Origin: an uncultured bacterium
Lineage (GTDB): Bacteria; Acidobacteriota; Thermoanaerobaculia; Multivoradales; JAHZIX01
Direction: 5' to 3'
DNA: 64,000 bases
Assembly: GCA_965368975.1 (NCBI GenBank)
Contig: CBDUPA010000009.1
Span: forward strand, 199,867 to 263,866
The notes under the pieces are model-generated. The model searched no databases. It saw nothing but the letters and a program-made list of their open reading frames with translations, and was not told the origin of the DNA. Positions 1 to 8,978 of this stretch are shown here, piece after piece; position 1 is the stretch's first letter; every line of letters begins with the position of its first letter. The position numbers were made by a program, and so were the translations under genes.

Positions 1-561
1 GTGCGGCTGGATGACGCGGTGACTACCGGCTCCAGCATCATGCCGCAGAAGCGCAATCCGGACGTCCTGGAACTGATCCGCGCTGGTGCCGCACGCGTGC
101 GCAGCCGGCAGGCAGAGATCGGTGCCGTCTACGGTCCGCTGCCCGCCGGCTATCACCGCGACCTGCAGCTGACCAAGGAACCGTTCCTGGAGGGCATGCA
201 AACTGCCAGCGACATCCTCGCCGTGCTGCAACCGGCGCTCGGCGGTCTGCGTGTCGACGCCGAGCGCTGTCGCGCCGCTCTGGTGCCGGCGATCGGTGCC
301 ACCGACGCCGTGTACCAGCGGGTGGCGGCCGGAGAACCCTTCCGCGAGGTCTACCGAGAGGTGGCGGCGAACCCGGAAGCCGCGGTCGCGGGAGATGTCT
401 CCCTGGCGTGGCGTGCGCGCACCCATCTCGGTGCCCCCGGAGCGCTGGCCTTGGATGCGGCCCGTGCGAACGCCGCCGCGGCGCGTACCTGGGTCGACGC
501 CGAGACTTCGCGCCTGCGGGCCGTCTGGCAACATCTGCTGCCCCAGCTTTCGACTGCCTGA
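1..561 (+). CDS. argH: Argininosuccinate lyase, C-terminal part (5' truncated by window edge)
   Basis: Fumarase/ASL signature GSSIMPQKRNPD; GYHRDLQLTKE and PFREVY motifs typical of ArgH. Confidence 0.88.
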   Translation: MRLDDAVTTGSSIMPQKRNPDVLELIRAGAARVRSRQAEIGAVYGPLPAGYHRDLQLTKEPFLEGMQTASDILAVLQPALGGLRVDAERCRAALVPAIGATDAVYQRVAAGEPFREVYREVAANPEAAVAGDVSLAWRARTHLGAPGALALDAARANAAAARTWVDAETSRLRAVWQHLLPQLSTA

Positions 562-585
562 GCGGTGCGGCGGAGCTGCTTGAGA

Positions 586-1110
586 CTACTCGCGATCGTC
601 GTCGTCGAAATGCAGGGCAATCTGGGTCGGCACGCGCGGCACGGCCGAGATCCGCAGACGACCATCAACCAGCGTCCGTAAAGTGTCCGGATCGCCGCTG
701 ATCAATACGTCGGCACCGTGGACGATCGCGGTGGCCAAGATCTGCAGGTCGCTCACAATCCGCGCTGCGGCGGCGGCATCGCTGCGGCGCAGCAATTCGC
801 GCGCGGCCATCTGGCGGCCGAGTTCGGCGGCCAGGGCGGCGGATGGCAGATCAAACGCCGGCAGGAAAAAGTAACGGTCGAGCGCCGTCAGCTGCTCGCC
901 ACGCACCTCGTCACTGTCGAAGCCACGCAGATACTCGGCCACCGCCGGCGTCGGCACCATCAATACCTCGTTGACGTCGCGTAAGCTGTTGAAGAAGCGT
1001 CGCGTGCGGTCGATGATCTCTGCCTCATCCTCGTGCACCGCCCCCGGGGCAGCCACGGCGGCGGCACCACGCACACCCCAACCCAAAACCATAGTGTCGA
1101 TGCAAATCAT
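586..1110 (-). CDS. PIN-domain protein (putative RNase/toxin)
   Basis: N-terminal ICIDT, then PTPAVAEYL, SDLQILATAIVHGADVLISGD: D/E/D/D PIN acidic pattern. Confidence 0.8.
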   Translation of the reverse strand: MICIDTMVLGWGVRGAAAVAAPGAVHEDEAEIIDRTRRFFNSLRDVNEVLMVPTPAVAEYLRGFDSDEVRGEQLTALDRYFFLPAFDLPSAALAAELGRQMAARELLRRSDAAAAARIVSDLQILATAIVHGADVLISGDPDTLRTLVDGRLRISAVPRVPTQIALHFDDDDRE

Positions 1111-1148
1111 GCTCTTTGTCCTCTGAGCCTCTCACGGTCTCGAGCGCG

Positions 1149-1186
1149 TCACGTTTCGAGGTTCACGTCTCGAGGTTCACGTCTCG
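1149..1186. repeat. 14-bp tandem repeat TCACGTYTCGAGGT x2.7
   Basis: Copies at 1149-1162, 1163-1176, 1177-1186; the last copy contains the stop codon of the upstream minus-strand gene. Confidence 0.8.
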
Positions 1187-1950
1187 CCGAGGCGTTCTCC
1201 GCCGTGTATCTCCGTATCGTCCCAGTCGCCACCGCCAGCCATGGCCAACGCCTGCATCGCCAGCACCGGATCCGTGCGCCGGTACTCGGAGATGTGGGTG
1301 ACACGAAAGCCCACCAGCTCCCACGTATCCACCAGCCAGCGGGCGCGGCCCTGCAGCGTCACCTCTTCGTACAGGCGCTGCGCCAACACCTTGGCCTCGC
1401 GTTCACTGAGCGCGATATTGACCAGGCGACCACCGCCTTTGGGCCGGATCTCGGCGCGCGGCGTCACCGCACCGCCGACGCGGAGGCAGCGCCCCACCAG
1501 CGTCGCGGTACCTTCGAGATAGCGCGGTGCCGGCGGTTCCGGGATGCGCGACCCGCCCGGACCGATCGCCGCCGTTGGTGCTTCGATCGCCGGGTCGGCT
1601 TTCAGCTCGACGCCCCAACCGCGCCGTTCCACCAGCCCGGAAATACTGCGCAAGGCGCGATGTGTCGCCGGTGGCAGTTCGCTCTCCCGGCGCTCGGCGA
1701 GCGCCTCCAAAATGCGCACCACGACCGGCAACAGCGGCGCCTGCACCGATAGCGCCAGCGCCGAACTGGCGGGTCGTACACCCGCCAGGCTGACCTCGGG
1801 TTCGTCGTTGCCGCTGGTACCGTCCGCCGCGGCACAGGAGAGGATGGCTTTCTCCGTCGCCCTGAGCAACTCCGCCAAGTCTCCCAGCGGAATATTGCTC
1901 GGAGACACATGGTCGCCGGTCAACCGGAGTTCGATGTTGCGTCGCTGCAT
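1177..1950 (-). CDS. Hypothetical protein, upstream partner of the PIN gene (beta-rich C-terminal half)
   Basis: 257-aa ORF with genome-like codon usage; TAGAAT (1958-1963, minus) 7 nt before ATG 1950. Confidence 0.75.
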   Translation of the reverse strand: MQRRNIELRLTGDHVSPSNIPLGDLAELLRATEKAILSCAAADGTSGNDEPEVSLAGVRPASSALALSVQAPLLPVVVRILEALAERRESELPPATHRALRSISGLVERRGWGVELKADPAIEAPTAAIGPGGSRIPEPPAPRYLEGTATLVGRCLRVGGAVTPRAEIRPKGGGRLVNIALSEREAKVLAQRLYEEVTLQGRARWLVDTWELVGFRVTHISEYRRTDPVLAMQALAMAGGGDWDDTEIHGGERLGET

Positions 1951-2159
1951 GGACAGCATTCTAGACTACCCTGGGCCCGCCTCCTAGGCGTACCACGGCA
2001 CATCCGGACGCCTGCTGGCCGCTTTCTGCCCCGCGCCGCCTGCCCACGCCGCGACACGAAATTCCGTGCAGCCTGTATCCTTCGCGCTCCTGCTCTCGTA
2101 GGACCAAATGCTGCTCCGTCGAGGACGACGCTGTAGACTCACCCGAGAGGAGACGAAGA

Positions 2160-2576
2160 ATGAACGACTCGCACGAACTTCCCCCCGGTACGCCACCGCC
2201 GCCTCCCGCTGTCCCTGCCCAGCAGGCGCCCAGCGGCAAGGGCATCGCCTCGAAGCTGACCTGGGGCCTGATCTTGATCGGCCTGGGTCTGCTGTTCACG
2301 GCCTACAACCTCGACTGGATCGACGTCCAATTGCGCGTCGTGTGGGAATACTGGCCCTTGATCCTGGTCGCCGTGGGCCTGGCCAAGTTGATCGACCCCG
2401 GGGAACGTGAGTCCGGCGGCTGGTTGATCCTGTTCGGCCTTTACCTACTCGTCAACACACTGCGCCTGTGGGGCCTGCATTGGGGAAACTCCTGGTCGCT
2501 GATCCTGATCGTCGTCGGTTTGATGATCATCTTCCAGGCCTGGCTGCAGCGACGAAATCGCAGCAGGTCCAGCTGA
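2160..2576 (+). CDS. LiaF/DUF5668-like four-TM membrane protein
   Basis: Repeated GLILIGLGLLF...WPLILVAVGL motif; AGGAG upstream. Confidence 0.75.
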   Translation: MNDSHELPPGTPPPPPAVPAQQAPSGKGIASKLTWGLILIGLGLLFTAYNLDWIDVQLRVVWEYWPLILVAVGLAKLIDPGERESGGWLILFGLYLLVNTLRLWGLHWGNSWSLILIVVGLMIIFQAWLQRRNRSRSS

Positions 2577-2615
2577 TCCCTCGTTCAGCCGCTCGAGTCA
2601 CCTGGCACGCTCGCC

Positions 2616-3299
2616 TCAACTTCCACGCGGGTCCGCCTGCCGCGGCAGCCAGCCCCGCAACTCGAGGACGCTCTCCAGGCAATCCAGCGGCGCGTGCTCC
2701 AGTAGCTGCTCGCGCCCGTGCGAACCGCTGGTGACACCGAGCGCGTGGCTCCCTGCCTCGCGTGCCATACGCATGTCATAGGTGGTGTCACCGATCATCA
2801 GCGCACGACGGGGCTGCACCCCCAACTCGTCGAGCAAGTCGAGGACCATCGTAGGATTCGGCTTGCTCGGCGCCTCGTCGACCGTACGGCTGGCGACGAA
2901 GAACTCTCGCGTCTCCGTGCGTTCGAGGTCGCGGTCGAGACCGCGCCGGCCCTTGCCTGTCGCCACGGCCAGAAGAAATCCGGCTTCTGCCAGGTGCTCG
3001 AGCAGCGCCGGCACGCCCCCGAACATCGTCGACGTGTCCCGGTACGAGGTCAGCCAGTGCTTGTAATAGACCTCCGTGACCCGGCGACGGAAGCCATCGT
3101 CAGCGTCCGGTTGCAGTACCGCCATGACCTCTTTGAGCCCCAGGCCGATAGTCTCGCGAATGGTGCGCTCCGGCAGCGGCTCGATCTCCAACTCTCGGAA
3201 GGTGGCCTGCGTGCAGGCAACGATGGTTCCCAGCGAGTCCATCAACGTGCCGTCCCAGTCGAAGATCAGCAAATCGAAGGCGTGGTTCGTGTGCGTCAT
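2616..3299 (-). CDS. HAD-IA family hydrolase (phosphoglycolate phosphatase-like)
   Basis: FDWDGTLMDS, VATGK, SKPNP, MIGDTTYD motifs; start set at MTHTNH. Confidence 0.88.
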   Translation of the reverse strand: MTHTNHAFDLLIFDWDGTLMDSLGTIVACTQATFRELEIEPLPERTIRETIGLGLKEVMAVLQPDADDGFRRRVTEVYYKHWLTSYRDTSTMFGGVPALLEHLAEAGFLLAVATGKGRRGLDRDLERTETREFFVASRTVDEAPSKPNPTMVLDLLDELGVQPRRALMIGDTTYDMRMAREAGSHALGVTSGSHGREQLLEHAPLDCLESVLELRGWLPRQADPRGS

Positions 3300-3328
3300 G
3301 AACGCATCTCCTATCGAGCGTCGCGGCC

Positions 3329-3368
3329 CCAGATCCAAGCTCCAGATCGGAGGCTCCAGATCAAAGGC
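3329..3368. repeat. Imperfect 13-14-bp periodic repeat, CCAGATC core x3
   Basis: CCAGATC at 3329, 3342, 3356 in the intergenic spacer. Confidence 0.55.
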
Positions 3369-3373
3369 ACCAG

Positions 3374-4456
3374 TCAGGCCACCTGCAGCATGGGCGTAAG
3401 AATCAGGCCTCCGAACTGCGTGTCGTTCTCCCGTGCCCGGCACCCCACCTTGGACGAAGTCACCAGGCACTGATCTAGCCTCGTCAGCGGTGGCAACTCG
3501 ACGCCCGGTGCGACGATCGAATTGCGCACCTCGGCACCAGCGCCAACCTGGCAGCCGGCAAGCAGCAGGCTGCTGTCGACGCGCGCTCGGTCGGCCACCT
3601 CGACGCCGGCCTCGATCACGGAGGCCGTGATCCGCGCCGAGTCAGCCACGTGCGGTGCCCCGCCAGGTCCTGCGGTCTCGATCCAGCTCCCGTCCGCCGT
3701 GGTTTCTACGTCGCCAGGATGCGCGTGCAGATGACCGAGAACTCCCTCCAGGTACCGCCGCGGCGTGCCCAGGTCGAACCAGTTCACCGACGTCGGCAGC
3801 GCCTGGAGCCGTGCGCCTGCGGCGAGCAGCGGCTTGTACAACTGCTGCACGAAGTCGGCCACACCCCCCGCGGCGACGTCCAAGCCCTGGCGCACTACCT
3901 CCGCAGACAGGATGTGCGCCCCGGCGAAGACGGCACGGCGTACCACTTGCGCCTCATCACCCTCACCGCTGCGGAAGGAGACAATACGATCTTGCGCATC
4001 CAGCCCAACACCACCACCAAACGCCTCGGGATCCGCGCGGGTACTCACCAACAACGTCGCTGCAGCACCACTCTCCTGGTGCCGGCGCAGCAGCTCCTCC
4101 AGTGGCCAGAGGCACAGACTGTCGCCGTTGAGGATCAGCGCCAGGTCGGCACCTTCGAAGTAGTCGTGCAGCGGGCCCAGAGCACCGAGGGTCCCCAACA
4201 GCTGCGCCTCGCGCGAGTAGGTCAGGGCGAGACCTTCGTGCACTTTCCCAAAGCCGCGCTCTACGGCATCTGCGAGATGATGTAGGTTGAGGGCACTGCG
4301 GTCACAGCCGAACTCCCTCAGTCGCCGCAAGCTGTGTCCGGCCAACGGGCGACCGAGCACAGAAAGCAGTGGCTTCGGTACGATGTCGGTCAACGGCCGC
4401 AGCCGCTGACCACGCCCGGCAGCGAGTACCAACGGTCGCAGGTCGAGAGAGGTCAC
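3374..4456 (-). CDS. Sugar-phosphate nucleotidyltransferase with C-terminal hexapeptide (LbH) repeats
   Basis: LAAGRGQRLRPLT..PKPL, LNGD, WFDLGTP; hexapeptide-like tail. Confidence 0.88.
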   Translation of the reverse strand: MTSLDLRPLVLAAGRGQRLRPLTDIVPKPLLSVLGRPLAGHSLRRLREFGCDRSALNLHHLADAVERGFGKVHEGLALTYSREAQLLGTLGALGPLHDYFEGADLALILNGDSLCLWPLEELLRRHQESGAAATLLVSTRADPEAFGGGVGLDAQDRIVSFRSGEGDEAQVVRRAVFAGAHILSAEVVRQGLDVAAGGVADFVQQLYKPLLAAGARLQALPTSVNWFDLGTPRRYLEGVLGHLHAHPGDVETTADGSWIETAGPGGAPHVADSARITASVIEAGVEVADRARVDSSLLLAGCQVGAGAEVRNSIVAPGVELPPLTRLDQCLVTSSKVGCRARENDTQFGGLILTPMLQVA

Positions 4457-4495
4457 GATCTCGAATCTCGGAAGGGGATGGGCGCCGAGGCGGAC

Positions 4496-5095
4496 TCAGC
4501 CAGCGTCGGGGAAGAGCATGTCGCGCGGCGCCTCCGGATGGTCCTTGCGGTAGTCCTCGTACAGGCGCAGGTAGTTGCGCCGCTCCGCATCATCGGGCAG
4601 AAAACCACAGCGGCGGGCAACCGTTTCGGCACCACTGCCCTCGAACTCGACGAAGTCGCCGATCGGCGTCCGATCCAAGCAGATCATCACGCCACCCAAG
4701 CGCCACTCCTCGCGCACCTTCTGGTACCGCTTGACGACCTCGAAGCCCAAGCTGCCGAGGATCAGCTGCACCTGCTCCAAGTCATCCACCTTGGTCTCGT
4801 ACTCGGTGCGCAGCTTGACGCCGCCTTCCATTGTCGCCGGCCCTTTGTAGGTCAGGGTGGCACCGTGGTTGTCTCGGCGTAGACGCAGGATGCAGCCTTT
4901 GTCGCCGAACTCGTCACCACGGTCGAGAACCCAGTTGTCCTCTGAGGAGGCTGGCGCCGAGCGCTCGGCTTCGAGATCGGCCAGACGCTCGCGGACAGTG
5001 TTCAGCTCATCGACAGGGAACTTCAGCTCACGCTCGATGTTCTCCTTGGCCTTGGTCTCCGCAGCCTGCTTGCCTGATGCTTCTGCGTCACTCAT
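4496..5095 (-). CDS. CYTH-domain protein (class IV adenylate cyclase-like)
   Basis: IERELKF, LRLR, LTYKGP, YQKVRE, FVEFEG; start uncertain (5095 or 5119). Confidence 0.85.
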   Translation of the reverse strand: MSDAEASGKQAAETKAKENIERELKFPVDELNTVRERLADLEAERSAPASSEDNWVLDRGDEFGDKGCILRLRRDNHGATLTYKGPATMEGGVKLRTEYETKVDDLEQVQLILGSLGFEVVKRYQKVREEWRLGGVMICLDRTPIGDFVEFEGSGAETVARRCGFLPDDAERRNYLRLYEDYRKDHPEAPRDMLFPDAG

Positions 5096-5115
5096 AGCTG
5101 TGTCAATCGACTCTT

Positions 5116-6504
5116 TCAAACCTCGCTCATCTTATCAAGAATTCTCGCAACCGAACGGATACCGCCGTAGAAGTTGCTGATGTTGAACTTCTCGTTGGGC
5201 GAGTGCAGTCGGTCGTCGTTGAGGCCGAAGCCGAGGAGTAGTACAGGGATTTGCAGCACTTGCTGGAAGGTCGAGACGATCGGAATCGAGCCGCCCTCGC
5301 GCACGCGCACGGGCCGGTTGCCCCAGATATCTTCCATCGCCGAGAGCGCCGCTTCCGCCAGCGGACCTTCGGTGTCGATCAATACCGGGTGAGCGCCGTG
5401 CAGATCCTCGACCTCGACCCGGGTTCCCGGCGGGCTGAGGCTCAGCACATAGTCAGTGAATTGCCGCGCGATGACTTCGGGATCTTGGTCCGGCACAAGG
5501 CGCATCGAGACCTTGGCACCGCCTTCGGCCGGCAGTACCGTTTTCGCACCGGCACCCTGATAACCACCCCACATACCGTTGACGTCGCAGGTCGGGCGCG
5601 CCCAAGCGCGTTCGCGCGGCGAGTACCCTTCCTCGCCCCACAGCTCACCTTCCACGCCGACCTCATTCTTGTACGCCTCTTCATCCCAGGGCAGGCTGGC
5701 GAACTCCTTGCGCTCCCAATCTTCCAGCGGCTTGACCGGATCGTAGAAGCCGGGGATCTGAATGCGCCCGGTCTTACGGTCCTGCAACTGTGCAACAAGG
5801 TGCCCAAGGGCGTTCAGCGGGTTGGCCACGGCGCCACCGAAGGCACCGGAATGCAGGTCGCGTCCCGGGCCCTTGATGTGGATCTGCATGTAGCACAGGC
5901 CCTTGAGACCGTAGATCAAGGACGGCTGGCCAGGCGCAAACATCGCCGAGTCGGAAACCACCACGCAGTCGGCCGCCAGCCGCTTGCCGGCGTCCTTGCG
6001 CACGTAGGCGTCGATCGCTTCGCCGCCGCTTTCTTCCTCACCCTCGATCAGGAACTTGACGTTCACCGGTAGACTGCCGCGCTCGGCCAGCACCGCTGCC
6101 ACCGCCTTGACGTGGGCGAAGCTCTGCCCCTTGTCGTCCGTAGCGCCTCGGGCCACCAACTCGTCGCCGTTCTCGATCGTCGGCTCGAACGGATCGTTGC
6201 GCCACAGATTCAGCGGATCGACCGGCTGCACGTCGTAATGACCATAGAACAGCACCGTCGGCTTGCCCTTGGCCCCCATCCACTCGGCATAGACCAGCGG
6301 ATAGCCTTCGGTCTCGATCCGCTCCGCGGACAGACCCGCATCCTTCAGCTGGTCGATGAGGAAATCCGCGGCACGCAACACGTCGTCGCGATAGGCCGGG
6401 TCGGTCGAGATCGAAGGAATGCGTAGAAACTCCTTCAGTTCGTCCAGGTAGCCTTCTTTTTCGCGGTCGATACGTTGCAGAACATCCTGAGTGTCGTGCG
6501 CCAT
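5116..6504 (-). CDS. M20 family dipeptidase
   Basis: YGHYDVQP, ARGATDDKGQ, EGEEESG, DLHSG, HSPNEK. Confidence 0.92.
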   Translation of the reverse strand: MAHDTQDVLQRIDREKEGYLDELKEFLRIPSISTDPAYRDDVLRAADFLIDQLKDAGLSAERIETEGYPLVYAEWMGAKGKPTVLFYGHYDVQPVDPLNLWRNDPFEPTIENGDELVARGATDDKGQSFAHVKAVAAVLAERGSLPVNVKFLIEGEEESGGEAIDAYVRKDAGKRLAADCVVVSDSAMFAPGQPSLIYGLKGLCYMQIHIKGPGRDLHSGAFGGAVANPLNALGHLVAQLQDRKTGRIQIPGFYDPVKPLEDWERKEFASLPWDEEAYKNEVGVEGELWGEEGYSPRERAWARPTCDVNGMWGGYQGAGAKTVLPAEGGAKVSMRLVPDQDPEVIARQFTDYVLSLSPPGTRVEVEDLHGAHPVLIDTEGPLAEAALSAMEDIWGNRPVRVREGGSIPIVSTFQQVLQIPVLLLGFGLNDDRLHSPNEKFNISNFYGGIRSVARILDKMSEV

Positions 6505-6673
6505 TCTTCTCCTCCAGAGCGGGTTCACGGTTCGCTAATTTTCAGCCTGCGGACAGCCGAAGAGGGCCGAGTCTACCACCAAGCCGCGAGGCATCGGGCC
6601 GCCTGTCTTCTTGCCAAGCCAGCGGCGAGTTGTTCTTCGTACCGTTCCGTCGCGCTACGTCGAACGGGGATCT

Positions 6674-7585
6674 TCAGGGCAGCAAGGCGACGATACGTAC
6701 CGGGCCGCCGGAGCCGCCCCGAATCTTCATCGGCAACGCCATCACCCAGGCACCGGTAGCCGGCACCTGTTCCAGGTTGGCGACATTCTCCAGCCCCGGA
6801 ATGTTGGCTTCGTTGACCAGACGGTGGACCAGGAAGTCCGTCGACTGCCCACGATCGATGCTCGCCGTGTCAACTCCCAAGACACTTACCTGGCGTGTCT
6901 CCACCAGGTAGGCTGCCGCTTCCTCGCCATAGGAGGGAAAGTGCAGGTTGGACGCATCGCCCGGCGTGTCGTCACCCAGATAGGTGGCGCGGTCGGGCCA
7001 GTACTGGCCCCAGCCCGTGTGCAGCAGCACGATGGCGCCGGCCGGCACTGGGCCATGCTCGGTTTCCCACGCCTGTACGTCCTGCAGCGTCAGCAGATAG
7101 TCCGCGTCGCTCGCGGTCTGTTCGCGGACGTCGATCACGACGGCCGGGCCGGACAGCCGCTGCAGCGGAATTTCATCGGCGCTCCAGCGGCCGGCGGCGA
7201 AGTGGATCGGTGCATCCAGGTGGGTGCCACCATGCTCGGGTGTGCTGAACTGATTGGCGGCGTAGAACCAGCCGCCGGGTGTTTCGCCGTACGACACCTG
7301 TTCTAACTCGAAGCTCGACGGCGAGGTGGGCCAGTACAGCGTCTCGGCATCGAACGGATGCGTCAGGTCCACGAGCTTGGCCTCGCGCAGATTGAACACA
7401 GCCGCATCTGCGCCGCGAGTCGCGGACGTCCCACTGGCACTCTCGGTGGGGGAATCGCTCGGCGCACAGCCCGACGCACTCGCCACGAGGCCACCGAGCA
7501 GGGCGATGGTCGCAGCGCTTTGCAGAGAAGTCAGCCAGCTGGCTGGCCGAGAACGGGAGATAGCGCAAGTCGCATTGTCATTCAT
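6674..7585 (-). CDS. Cyclase family (kynurenine formamidase-like) protein, probable lipoprotein
   Basis: EHGGTHLDAPIHF, GVDTASID, GLENVANL; hydrophobic stretch ending ASGC. Confidence 0.88.
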   Translation of the reverse strand: MNDNATCAISRSRPASWLTSLQSAATIALLGGLVASASGCAPSDSPTESASGTSATRGADAAVFNLREAKLVDLTHPFDAETLYWPTSPSSFELEQVSYGETPGGWFYAANQFSTPEHGGTHLDAPIHFAAGRWSADEIPLQRLSGPAVVIDVREQTASDADYLLTLQDVQAWETEHGPVPAGAIVLLHTGWGQYWPDRATYLGDDTPGDASNLHFPSYGEEAAAYLVETRQVSVLGVDTASIDRGQSTDFLVHRLVNEANIPGLENVANLEQVPATGAWVMALPMKIRGGSGGPVRIVALLP

Positions 7586-8250
7586 GACGCTACGCTAGCG
7601 CGCCGGCCAAGACGGATCAAGCCGACCGCATTGACCACAAAATGCGCGACCACCGGTGCCAGGATATTGCCGCGCCATTCCATCAGACCAGCGAAAATCA
7701 GGCCCGCAATCAACGCATACACGGTCCAGAAACGTAGCTCCTTGCCAGGACCCGTGTGCAAAAGGGCGAAGAGCAGTGTCGCGGCGATCCAGCCAAGGCT
7801 CGGCTGGATGGCGCCGCGGAACAGCAGTTCTTCGGCGAAGCCAGAAATCAGAGCCAAGACAATCGCTTGATCCCAGGTCAACGGACCCAAAATCCCCATC
7901 AACCGATCCTCGAGCTTCTGCGCCAGCTGGACACGCCACAAGAGGACCTGCCAGGTGCCAACCATCAGCACCGCGACACCGGCTCCGAGCGCCAGGTCGA
8001 TCCACCATGACGCCGGATTGACGAAGCGGGTGAGGGGTATGTCACCCAGGTCGAACCACAGCCAGGCGACACCACCGATGGCCATGAACATGTAGAACCA
8101 GGCGCCGAGCTGCAGAATCTGATCTGCCGTCGGGCGCGGACCGAGAGACTCGGCCTGTTCCGGCTGCTCAGCCTGTTCCGGTAGCTCGGAGGGTTCCGGC
8201 TGCTCGGAGGGTTCCGGCGAACTGGGTTCTGTCGGACTGGGTTCAGACAC
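7582..8250 (-). CDS. CPBP (CAAX/Abi) intramembrane metalloprotease
   Basis: AEELLFRG, FALLH, AHFVVN; GTG 8250 chosen downstream of the fsa/tal stop. Confidence 0.85.
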   Translation of the reverse strand: MSEPSPTEPSSPEPSEQPEPSELPEQAEQPEQAESLGPRPTADQILQLGAWFYMFMAIGGVAWLWFDLGDIPLTRFVNPASWWIDLALGAGVAVLMVGTWQVLLWRVQLAQKLEDRLMGILGPLTWDQAIVLALISGFAEELLFRGAIQPSLGWIAATLLFALLHTGPGKELRFWTVYALIAGLIFAGLMEWRGNILAPVVAHFVVNAVGLIRLGRRASVAS

Positions 8251-8263
8251 GCTTGGCCGTCGA

Positions 8264-8920
8264 TCAGTCGTCGAAGCTACGACCGGTCTTGCCCCAGTCG
8301 GCCAGGAAACCATCCAGACCGCGGTCGGTCAGCGGATGCTTGTACAACTTCTCGAGTACGCCGAAGGGGATGGTGGCGACGTGGGCTCCCATCAGACTGG
8401 ATTGCACGACGTGCATCGGATGACGGACGGAGGCCACCAACACCTGTGTGTCGAAATCGTAGTTCTCATAGATCGTGACCACGTTCTCGATCAGTTCCAT
8501 GCCATCCTCACCCACATCGTCGAGTCGGCCGACAAAGGGCGAGATGTAGGTGGCCCCAGCCTTGGCGGCAAGCAGCGCTTGCGCGGCCGAGAAGCACAAT
8601 GTGACGTTGGTCTGAATGCCGTCTTCCGCCAACGTGGCGACCGCTTGGAGACCTGCCGGGCCGAGCGGCAGCTTGACCACGACATTGTCGGCCAGGTCAG
8701 CCAAGCGCCGCCCCTGGTCGAGCATACCCTCGAGGTCCATGGCGAGGACTTCGCCGCTCACCGGTCCGGGTACCAGCTCGGCCACCGCCTTGACGGTCGG
8801 TAGGTACGGTTTGCCTTGCCGGGCGATCAGCGTCGGGTTGGTGGTGACGCCGTCGACCATACCCCATTCGAGGCCGGTTTCGATCTGTGCGAGGTCCGCT
8901 GTATCGAGGAAGAAATCCAT
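8264..8920 (-). CDS. Transaldolase / fructose-6-phosphate aldolase family
   Basis: FFLDTA, GVTTNPT, VVVKLP, NVTLCFS, YISPFVGRLDD. Confidence 0.92.
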   Translation of the reverse strand: MDFFLDTADLAQIETGLEWGMVDGVTTNPTLIARQGKPYLPTVKAVAELVPGPVSGEVLAMDLEGMLDQGRRLADLADNVVVKLPLGPAGLQAVATLAEDGIQTNVTLCFSAAQALLAAKAGATYISPFVGRLDDVGEDGMELIENVVTIYENYDFDTQVLVASVRHPMHVVQSSLMGAHVATIPFGVLEKLYKHPLTDRGLDGFLADWGKTGRSFDD

Positions 8921-8978
8921 TCCCTGAGTGCTCCTGTGCTGCGACCGGTGCTAGACCGGATTGTGGGTGGGTGGACCT

